From Eledone cirrhosa (Eukaryota), in the NCBI GenBank assembly GCA_964016885.1, contig OZ024742.1, positions 163,928,001 to 163,992,000 of the forward strand: 64,000 bases of DNA, given 5' to 3'. The translations under genes were made by a program, and so were the position numbers. A model generated the notes under the pieces. That model did not search any database. It was not told where the DNA came from and saw only the letters and a program-made list of their open reading frames with translations. Of this stretch, positions 50,301 through 62,300 are shown piece after piece (the first letter of the stretch is position 1; each line of letters starts with the position of its first letter).

Positions 50301-53300
50301 CTTGGAGGCTGGAATTTATCTCCCCTTGGACGGTTAGAAATTACCTCTCCTTGGACTGCTGGAAAATATGTCTCCTTGGACAGCTGGAAATTATCTCCCC
50401 TTGGACGGCTGGAAATTATCTCCCCTTGGACGGCTGGAAATTATCTCCCCTTGGACGGCTAGATATTACCTCCCCTTGGACGGCTGGAAATTATCTCCCC
50501 TTGATTTTTTTTACAAATTATCTCCCCCTGATTTTTTTTTACGAATCATCTCCCCCTGATTTTTTTTTACAAATTATCTCCGCCTGATTTTTTTTTAAAA
50601 ATTATCTCCCCTTGAACGGCTGGAAATTATCTCCCCTTGGACGGCTGGAAATTATCTCCCCTTGGACGGCTAGAAATTACCTCTCCTTGGACGGCTGAAA
50701 ATTATCTCCCCTTGGACGGCTGCAAATTATCTCCCCTTGATTTTTTAACAAATTATCTCCCCCTGATTTTTTTTTACAAATTATCTCCCCCTGATTTTTT
50801 TTTACAAATTATCTACGCCTAATTTTTTTTACAAATTATCTCCCCCTGATTTTTTTTTACAAATTATCTCCTCCTGATTTTTTTTACAAATTATCTCCCC
50901 CTGATTTTTTTTTACAAATTATTTCCCCCTGATTTTTTTACAAATTATCTCCCCTCTGATTTTTTTACAATCTCCGCCTGATTTTTTTAAAAATTATCTT
51001 CCCTTGGCTGGCGGGAAATTATCTCCCCTTGGACGGCTGGAAATTATATCCCCTTGGACGGCTGGAAATTACCTCCCCTTGGACAGCTGGAAATTATCTG
51101 CCCTTGATTTTGTTTTTACAAATTATCTCCCCCTGATTTTTTTTACAAATTATCTCCACCTGATTTTTTAAAAAATTATCTCCCCTTGGACGGCTGGAAA
51201 TTATCTCCCCTTGATTTTTTTACAAATTATCTCCCCCTGATTTTTTTTACAAATTATCTCCCCCTGATTTTTTTTTTACAAATTATCTCCCCCTGATTTT
51301 TTTACAAATTATCTCCCCCTGATTTTTTTTACAAATTATCTCCGCCTGATTTTTTAAAATATTATCTTCCCTTGGCTGGCGGGAAATTATCTCCCCTTGG
51401 ACGGCTGAAAATTATCTCCCCTTGGACGGCTGGAAATTATCTCCCCTTGATTTTTTTTACAAATTATCTCCCCCTGATTTTTTTTTACAAATTATCTCCC
51501 CCTGATTTTTTTTTACAAATTATCTCCACCTGATTTTTTTTTACAAATTATCTGCCCCTGATTTTTTTAACAAATTATCTCCCCCTGATTTTTTTACAAA
51601 TTATCTCCCCTTGGCTGGCTGGAAATTATCTCCCCTTGGAGGCTGGAATTTATCTCCCCTTGGACGGCTAGAAATTACCTCTCCTTGGACGGCTGGAAAA
51701 TATTTCTCCTTGGACGGCTGGATATTATCTAACCTTGGACGGGTGGAAATTATCTCCCCTTGGACGGCTGGAAATTATCTCCCCTTGGACGGCTAGATAT
51801 TACCTCCCCTTGGACGGCTGGAAATTATCTCCCCTTGATTTTTTTTATAAATTATCTCCCCCTGATTTTTTTTTTACAAATTATCTCCCCCTGATTTTTT
51901 TACAAATTATCTCCTCCTGATTTTTTTTACAAATTATCTCCGCCTGATTTTTTTAAATATTATCTTCTCTTGGCTGGCGGGAAATTATCTCCCCTTGGAC
52001 GGCTGAAAATTATCTCCCCTTGGACGGCTGGAAATTATCTCCCCTTGATTTTTTTTACAAATTATCTCCCCCTGATTTTTTTTTACAAATTATCTCCCCC
52101 TGATTTTTTTTTACAAATTATCTCCCCATGATTTTTTTTTACAAATTATCTCCCCCTGATTTTTTTACAAATTATCTCCCCTTAGCTGGCTGGAAATTAT
52201 CTCCCCTTGGAGGCTGGAAATTATCTCCCCTTGGACGGCTAGAAATTACCTCTCCTTGGACGGCTGGAAAATATGTCCTTGGACGGCTGGATATTATCTA
52301 CCCTTGGACGGCTGGAAATTATCTCCCCTTGGACGGCTGGAAATTATCTCCCCTTGGACGGCTAGATATTAGCTCCCCTTGGACGGCTGGAAATTATCTC
52401 CCCTTGATTTTTTTTACAAATTATCTCCCCCTGATTTTTTTTTACAAATTATCTCCCCCTGATTTTTTTTTACAAATTATCTACCCCTGATTTTTTTTTA
52501 CAAATTATCTCCCCCTGATTTTTTTTACAAATTATCTCTCCCTGATTTTTTTTTACAAATTATCTCCCCCTGATTTTTTTTTACAAATTATCTACCCCTG
52601 ATTTTTTTTTACAAATTATCTCCCCCTGATTTTTTTTACAAATTATCTCCCCCTGATTTTTTTTACAAATTATCTCCCCCTGATTTTTTTACAAATTATC
52701 TCACCCCGATTTTTTTTACAAATTATCTCCGCCTAATTTTTTTAAATATTATCTTCCCTTGGCTGGCGGGAAATTATCTCCCCTTGGACGGCTGAAAATT
52801 ATCTCCCCTTGGACGGCTGGAAATTATCTCCCCTTGATTTTTTTACAAATTATCTCCCCCTGATTATTTTTTACAAATTATCTCCCCCTGATTTTTTTTT
52901 ACAAATTATCTCCCTCTGATTTTTTTTACAAATTATCTCCCCTTGGCTGGCTGGAAATTATCTCCCCTTGGAGGCTGGAATTTATCTCCCCTTGGACGGT
53001 TAGAAATTACCTCTCCTTGGACTGCTGGAAAATATGTCTCCTTGGACGGCTGGAAATTATCTCCCCTGGGACGGCTGGAAATTATCTCCCCTTGGACGGC
53101 TGGAAATTATCTCTCCTCGGACGACTAGAAATTACCTCTCCTTGGACAGCTGAAAATTATCTCCCCTTGGACGGCTGGAAATTATCTCCCCTTGATTTTT
53201 TTTACAAATTATCTCCCCCTGATTTTTTTTTACAAATTATCTCCCCCTGATTTTATTTTACAAATTATCTCCCCCTGATTTTTTTTACAAATTATCTCCC

Positions 53301-56300
53301 CCTGATATTTTTTACAAATTATCTCCCCCTGATTTTTTTACAAATTATCTCCCCTTGGCTGGCTGGAAATTATCTCCCCTTGGAGGCTGGAATTTATCTC
53401 CCCTTGGACGGCTAGAAATTACCTCCCCTTGGACGGCTGGAAATTATCTCCCCTTGGACGGCTGGAAATTATCTCCCCTTGGACGGCTGGAAATTATCTC
53501 CCCTTGGACGGCTAGATATTACCTCCCCTTGGACGGCTGGAAATTATCTCCCCTTGATTTTTTTTACAAATTATCTCCCCCTGATTTTTTTTTACAAATT
53601 ATCTCCCCCTGATTTTTTTTACAAATTATCTCCCCCTGATTTTTTTACAAATTATCTCCCCCCGATTTTTTTTACAAATTATATCCGCCTAATTTTTTTA
53701 AATATTATCTTCCCTTGGCTGGCGGGAAATTATCTCCCCTTGGACAGCTGAAAATTATCTCCCCTTGGACGGCTGGAAATTATCTCCCCTTGATTTTTTT
53801 TACAAATTATCTCCCCCTGATTTTTTTTTACAAATTATCTCCCCCTGATTTTATTTTACAAATTATCTCCCCTTGATTTTTTTTACAAATTATCTCCCCC
53901 TGATATTTTTTACAAATTATCTCCCCCTGATTTTTTTACAAATTATCTCCCCTTGGCTGGCTGGAAATTATCTCCCCTTGGAGGCTGGAATTTATCTCCC
54001 CTTGGACGGCTAGAAATTACCTCGCCTTGGACGGCTGGAAAATATGTCTCCTTGGACGGCTGGAAATTATCTCCCCTTGGACGGCTGGAAATTATCTCCC
54101 CTTGGACGGCTGGAAATTATCTCCCCTTGGACGGCTAGATATTACCTCCCCTTGGACGGCTGGAAATTATCTCCCCTTGATTTTTTTTACAAATTATCTC
54201 CCCCTGATTTTTTTTTACAAATTATCTCCCCCTGATTTTTTTTACAAATTATCTCACCCTGATTTTTTTACAAATTATCTCCCCCCGATTTTTTTTACAA
54301 ATTATATCCGCCTAATTTTTTTAAATATTATCTTCCCTTGGCTGGCGGGAAATTATCTCCCCTTGGACGGCTGAAAATTATCTCCCCTTGGACGGCTGGA
54401 AATTATCTCCCCTTGATTTTTTTACAAATTATCTCCCCCTGATTATTTTTTACAAATTATCTCCCCCTGATTTTTTTTTACAAATTATCTCCCTCTGATT
54501 TTTTTTACAAATTATCTCCCCTTGGCTGGCTGGAAATTATCTCCCCTTGGAGGCTGGAATTTATCTCCCCTTGGACGGTTAGAAATTACCTCTCCTTGGA
54601 CTGCTGGAAAATATGTCTCCTTGGACGGCTGGAAATTATCTCCCCTTGGACGGCTGGAAATTATCTCCCCTTGGACGGCTGGAAATTATCTCTCCTCGGA
54701 CGACTAGAAATTACCTCTCCTTGGACAGCTGAAAATTATTTCCCCTTGGACGGCTGGAAATTATCTCCCCTTGATTTTTTTTACAAATTATCTCCCCCTG
54801 ATTTTTTTTACAAATTATCTCCCCCTAATTTTTTTTTACAAATTATCTCCCCCTGATTTTTTTTACAAATTATCTCCCCCTGATATTTTTTACAAATTAT
54901 CTCCCCCTGATTTTTTTACAAATTATCTCCCCTTGGCTGGCTGGAAATTATCTCCCCTTGGAGGCTGGAATTTATCTCCCCTTGGACGGCTAGAAATTAC
55001 CTCGCCTTGGACGGCTGGAAAATATGTCTCCTTGGAGGGCTGGAAATTATCTCCCCTTGGACGGCTGGAAATTATCTCCCCTTGGACGGCTGGAAATTAT
55101 CTCCCCTTGGACGGCTAGATATTACCTCCCCTTGGACGGCTGGAAATTATCTCCCCTTGATTTTTTTTACAATTTATCTCCCCCTGATTTTTTTTTACAA
55201 ATTATCTCCCCCTGATTTTTTTTACAAATTATCTCCCCCTGATATTTTTTACAAATTATCTCCCCCTGATTTTTTTACAAATTATCTCCCCTTGGCTGGC
55301 TGGAAATTATCTCCCTTTGGAGGCTGGAATTTATCTCCCCTTGGACGGCTAGAAATTACCTCGCCTTGGACGGCTGGAAAAAATGTCTCCTTGGACGGCT
55401 GGAAATTATCTCCCCTTGGACGGCTGGAAATTATCTCCCCTTGGACGGCTGGAAATTATCTCCCCTTGGACGGCTAGATATTACCTCCCCTTGGACGGCT
55501 GGAAATTATCTCCCCTTGATTTTTTTTACAAATTATCTCCCCCTGATTTTTTTTTACAAATTATCTCCCCCTGATTTTTTTTTACGAATCATCTCCCCCT
55601 GATTTTTTTTTACAAATTATCTCCGCCTGATTTTTTTTTAAAAATTATCTCCCCTTGAACGGCTGGAAATTATCTCCCCTTGGACGGCTGGAAATTATCT
55701 CCCCTTGGACGGCTAGAAATTACCTCTCCTTGGACGGCTGAAAATTATCTCCCCTTGAACGGCTGCAAATTATCTCCCCTTGATTTTTTAACAAATTATC
55801 TCCCCCTGATTTTTTTTTACAAATTATCTCCCCCTGATTTTTTTTTACAAATTATCTACGCCTAATTTTTTTTACAAATTATCTCCCCCTGATTTTTTTT
55901 TACAAATTATCTCCCCCTGATTTTTTTTACAAATTATCTCCCCCTGATTTTTTTTTACAAATTATTTCCCCCTGATTTTTTTACAAATTATCTCCCCTCT
56001 GATTTTTTTACAATCTCCGCCTGATTTTTTTAAAAATTATCTTCCCTTGGCTGGCGGGAAATTATCTCCCCTTGGACGGCTGGAAATTATATCCCCTTGG
56101 ACGGCTGGAAATTACCTCCCCTTGGACAGCTGGAAATTATCTGCCCTTGATTTTGTTTTTACAAATTATCTCCCCCTGATTTTTTTTACAAATTATCTCC
56201 ACCTGATTTTTAAAAAAATTATCTCCCCTTGGACGGCTGGAAATTATCTCCCCTTGATTTTTTTACAAATTATCTCCCCCTGATTTTTTTTACAAATTAT

Positions 56301-59300
56301 CTCCCCCTGATTTTTTTTTTACAAATTATCTCCCCCTGATTTTTTTACAAATTATCTCCCCCTGATTTTTTTTACAAATTATCTCCGCCTGATTTTTTTA
56401 AATATTATCTTCCCTTGGCTGGCGGGAAATTATCTCCCCTTGGACGGCTGAAAATTATCTCCCCTTGGACGGCTGGAAATTATCTCCCCTTGATTTTTTT
56501 TACAAATTATCTCCCCCTGATTTTTTTTTACAAATTATCTCCCCCTGATTTTTTTTTACAAATTATCTCCACCTGATTTTTTTTTACAAATTATCTGCCC
56601 CTGATTTTTTTAACAAATTATCTCCCCCTGATTTTTTTACAAATTATCTCCCCTTGGCTGGCTGGAAATTATCTCCCCTTGGAGGCTGGAATTTATCTCC
56701 CCTTGGACGGCTAGAAATTACCTCTCCTTGGACGGCTGGAAAATATTTCTCCTTGGACGGCTGGATATTATCTAACCTTGGACGGGTGGAAATTATCTCC
56801 CCTTGGACGGCTGGAAATTATCTCCCCTTGGACGGCTAGATATTACCTCCCCTTGGACGGCTGGAAATTATCTCCCCTTGATTTCTTTTACAAATTATCT
56901 CCCCCTGATTTTTTTTTTACAAATTATCTCCCCCTGATTTTTTTACAAATTATCTCCCCCTGATTTTTTTACAAATTATCTCCCCCTGATTTTTTTTACA
57001 AATTATCTCCGCCTGATTTTTTTAAATATTATCTTCCCTTGGCTGGCGGGAAATTATCTCCCCTTGGACGGCTGAAAATTATCTCCCCTTGGACGGCTGG
57101 AAATTATCTCCCCTTGATTTTTTTTACAAATTATCTCCCCCTGATTATTTTTTACAAATTATCTTTCTCTGATTTTTTTTTACAAATTATCTCACCCTGA
57201 TTTTTTTTACAAATTATCTCCCCCTGATTTTTTTACAAATTATCTCCCCTTGGCTGGCTGGAAATTATCTCCCCTTGGAGGCTGGAATTTATCTCCCCTT
57301 GGACGGCTGGAAATTATCTCTCCTTGGACGGCTAGTAATTACCTCTCCTTGGACGGCTGGAAAATATGTCTCGTTGGAGGGCTGGAAATTATCTCCCCTT
57401 GGACGGCTGGAAATTATCTCCCCTTGGACGGCTGGAAATTATCTCTCCTTGGACGGCTAGAAATTACTTCTCCTTGGACGGCTGAAAATTATCTCTCCTT
57501 GGACGGCTGGAAATTATCTCCCCTTGGACGGCTAGATATTACCTCCCCTTGGACGGCTGGAAATTATCTCCCCTTGATTTTTTTTACAAATTATCTCCCC
57601 CTGATTTTTTTTACAAATTATCTCCACCTGATTTTTTTACAAATTATCTCCCCCTGATTTTTTTTACAAATTATCTCCGCCTAATTTTTTTAAATATTAT
57701 CTTCCCTTGGCTGGCGGGAAATTATCTCCCCTTGGACGGCTGAAAATTATCTCCCCTTGGACGGCTGGAAATTATCTCCCCTTGATTTTTTATACAAATT
57801 ATCTCCCCCTGATTTTTTTTTACAAATTATCTCCCCCTGATTTTTTTTTACAAATTATCTCCCCCTGATTTTTTTTACAAATTATCTCCCCTTGGCTGGC
57901 TGGAAATTATCTCCCCTTGGAGGCTGGAATTTATCTCCCCTTGGACGGCTAGAAATTACCTCTCCTTGGACGGCTGGAAAATATGTCCTTGGACGGCTGG
58001 ATATTATCTACCCTTGGACGGCTGGAAATTATCTCCCCTTGGACGGCTGGAAATTATCTCCCCTTGGACGGCTAGATATTACCTCCCCTTGGACGGCTGG
58101 AAATTATCTCCCCTTGATTTTTTTTACAAATTATCTCCCCCTGATTTTTTTTACAAATCTAATGATTTTTTAAAAAAAATTATCTCCCCTTCGCTGGCTG
58201 GAAATTATCTCCCCTTCGCTGGCTGGAAATTATCTCCCCTTGGACGCTGGAAATTATAGCCCCTTGGAGGGCTGGAAATTATCTTCCCTTGGACGGCTGG
58301 AAATTATCTCCCCTTGGCTCGAAATTATCTCCCCTTGGACGGCTAGAAATTATCTCTCTTTGGACGGCTGGAAATTATCTCCCTTTGATTTTTTTTACAA
58401 ATTATCTCCCCCTGATTTTTTTTACAAATCTCCCCCTGATTTTTTAAAAAAAATTATCTCCCCTTCGCTGGCTGGAAATTATCTCCCCTTGGACACTGGA
58501 AATTATAGCCCCTTGGAGGGCTGGAAATTATCTCCCCTTGGACGGCTAGAAATTACCTCTCATTGGACGGCTGAAAATTATCTCCCCTTGGACGGCTGGA
58601 AATTATCTCCCCTTGATTTTTTTTACAAATTATCTCCCCCTGATTTTTTTTTACAAATTATCTCCCCCTGATTTTTTTTTTACAAATTATCTCCGCCTGA
58701 TTTTTTTTTAAAATTATCTCTCCTTGGACGGCTGGATATTATCTCCCCTTTCATTTTTTTTACAAATTATCTCCCCCTGATTTTTTTTTACAAATTATCT
58801 TCCCCTGATTTTTTTTTACAAATTATCTACCCCTAATTTTTTTTTACAAATTATCTCCCCCTGATTTTTTTTACAAATTATCTCCCCCTGATTTTTTTTT
58901 TACAAATTATCTCCCCCTGATTTTTTTACAAATTATCTCCCCCTGATTTTTTTTACAAATTATCTCCGCCTGATTTTTTTAAATATTATCTTCTCTTGGC
59001 TGGCGGGAAATTATCTCCCCTTGGACGGCTGAAAATTATCTCCCCTTGGACGGCTGGAAATTATCTCCCCTTGATTTTTTTTACAAATTATCTCCCCCTG
59101 ATTTTTTTTTACAAATTATCTCCCCCTGATTTTTTTTTACAAATTATCTCCCCCTGATTTTTTTTTACAAATTATCTCCCCCTGATTTTTTTTACAAATT
59201 ATCTCCCCCTGATTTTTTTACAAATTATCTCCCCTTGGCTGACTGGAAATTATCTCCCCTTGGAGGCTGGAATTTATCTCCCCTTGGACGGCTAGAAATT

Positions 59301-62300
59301 ACCTCTCCTTGGACGGCTGGAAAATATGTCCTTGGACGGCTGGATATTATCTACCCTTGGACGGCTGGAAATTATCTCCCCTTGGACGGCTGGAAATTAT
59401 CTCCCCTTGGACGGCTAGATATTACCTCCCCTTGGACGGCTGGAAATTATCTCCCCTTGATTTTTTTTACAAATTATCTCCCCCTGATTTTTTTTTACAA
59501 ATTATCTCCCCCTGATTTTTTTTTACAAATTATCTACCCCTGATTTTTTTTTACAAATTATCTCCCCCTGATTTTTTTTACAAATTATCTCTCCCTGATT
59601 TTTTTTTACAAATTATCTCCCCCTGATTTTTTTTTACAAATTATCTCCCTCTGATTTTTTTTACAAATTATCTCCCCTTGGCTGGCTGAAAATTATCTCC
59701 CCTTGGAGGCTGGAATTTATCTCCCCTTGATTTTTTTTACAAATTATCTCCCCCTGATTTTTTTTTACAAATTATCTCCCCCTGATTTTTTTTTACAAAT
59801 TATCTCCCTCTGATTTTTTTTACAAATTATCTCCCCTTGGCTGGCTGAAAATTATCTCCCCTTGGAGGCTGGAATTTATCTCCCCTTGGACGGTTAGAAA
59901 TTACCTCTCCTTGGACTGCTGGAAAATATGTCTCCTTGGACAGCTGGAAATTATCTCCCCTTGGACGGCTGGAAATTATCTCCCCTTGGACGGCTGGAAA
60001 TTATCTCCCCTTGGACGGCTAGATATTACCTCCCCTTGGACGGCTGGAAATTATCTCCCCTTGATTTTTTTTACAAATTATCTCCCCCTGATTTTTTTTT
60101 ACGAATCATCTCCCCCTGATTTTTTTTTACAAATTATCTCCGCCTGATTTTTTTTTAAAAATTATCTCCCCTTGAACGGCTGGAAATTATCTCCCCTTGG
60201 ACGGCTGGAAATTATCTCCCCTTGGACGGCTAGAAATTACCTCTCCTTGGACGGCTGAAAATTATCTCCCCTTGGACGGCTGCAAATTATCTCCCCTTGA
60301 TTTTTTAACAAATTATCTCCCCCTGATTTTTTTTTACAAATTATCTCCCCCTGATTTTTTTTTACAAATTATCTACGCCTAATTTTTTTTACAAATTATC
60401 TCCCCCTGATTTTTTTTTACAAATTATCTCCTCCTGATTTTTTTTACAAATTATCTCCCCCTGATTTTTTTTTACAAATTATTTCCCCCTGATTTTTTTA
60501 CAAATTATCTCCCCTCTGATTTTTTTACAATCTCCGCCTGATTTTTTTAAAAATTATCTTCCCTTGGCTGGCGGGAAATTATCTCCCCTTGGACGGCTGG
60601 AAATTATATCCCCTTGGACGGCTGGAAATTACCTCCCCTTGGACAGCTGGAAATTATCTGCCCTTGATTTTGTTTTTACAAATTATCTCCCCCTGATTTT
60701 TTTTACAAATTATCTCCACCTGATTTTTTAAAAAATTATCTCCCCTTGGACGGCTGGAAATTATCTCCCCTTGATTTTTTTACAAATTATCTCCCCCTGA
60801 TTTTTTTTACAAATTATCTCCCCCTGATTTTTTTTTTACAAATTATCTCCCCCTGATTTTTTTACAAATTATCTCCCCCTGATTTTTTTTACAAATTATC
60901 TCCGCCTGATTTTTTAAAATACTATCTTCCCTTGGCTGGCGGGAAATTATCTCCCCTTGGACGGCTGAAAATTATCTCCCCTTGGACGGCTGGAAATTAT
61001 CTCCCCTTGATTTTTTTTACAAATTATCTCCCCCTGATTTTTTTTTACAAATTATCTCCCCCTGATTTTTTTTTACAAATTATCTCCACCTGATTTTTTT
61101 TTACAAATTATCTGCCCCTGATTTTTTTAACAAATTATCTCCCCCTGATTTTTTTACAAATTATCTCCCCTTGGCTGGCTGGAAATTATCTCCCCTTGGA
61201 GGCTGGAATTTATCTCCCCTTGGACGGCTAGAAATTACCTCTCCTTGGACGGCTGGAAAATATTTCTCCTTGGACGGCTGGATATTATCTAACCTTGGAC
61301 GGGTGGAAATTATCTCCCCTTGGACGGCTGGAAATTATCTCCCCTTGGACGGCTAGATATTACCTCCCCTTGGACGGCTGGAAATTATCTCCCCTTGATT
61401 TTTTTTATAAATTATCTCCCCCTGATTTTTTTTTTACAAATTATCTCCCCCTGATTTTTTTACAAATTATCTCCTCCTGATTTTTTTTACAAATTATCTC
61501 CGCCTGATTTTTTTAAATATTATCTTCTCTTGGCTGGCGGGAAATTATCTCCCCTTGGACGGCTGAAAATTATCTCCCCTTGGACGGCTGGAAATTATCT
61601 CCCCTTGATTTTTTTTACAAATTATCTCCCCCTGATTTTTTTTTACAAATTATCTCCCCCTGATTTTTTTTTACAAATTATCTCCCCATGATTTTTTTTT
61701 ACAAATTATCTCCCCCTGATTTTTTTACAAATTATCTCCCCTTAGCTGGCTGGAAATTATCTCCCCTTGGAGGCTGGAAATTATCTCCCCTTGGACGGCT
61801 AGAAATTACCTCTCCTTGGACGGCTGGAAAATATGTCCTTGGACGGCTGGATATTATCTACCCTTGGACGGCTGGAAATTATCTCCCCTTGGACGGCTGG
61901 AAATTATCTCCCCTTGGACGGCTAGATATTAGCTCCCCTTGGACGGCTGGAAATTATCTCCCCTTGATTTTTTTTACAAATTATCTCCCCCTGATTTTTT
62001 TTTACAAATTATCTCCCCCTGATTTTTTTTTACAAATTATCTACCCCTGATTTTTTTTTACAAATTATCTCCCCCTGATTTTTTTTACAAATTATCTCTC
62101 CCTGATTTTTTTTTACAAATTATCTCCCCCTGATTTTTTTTTACAAATTATCTACCCCTGATTTTTTTTTACAAATTATCTCCCCCTGATTTTTTTTACA
62201 AATTATCTCCCCCTGATTTTTTTTACAAATTATCTCCCCCTGATTTTTTTACAAATTATCTCACCCCGATTTTTTTTACAAATTATCTCCGCCTAATTTT

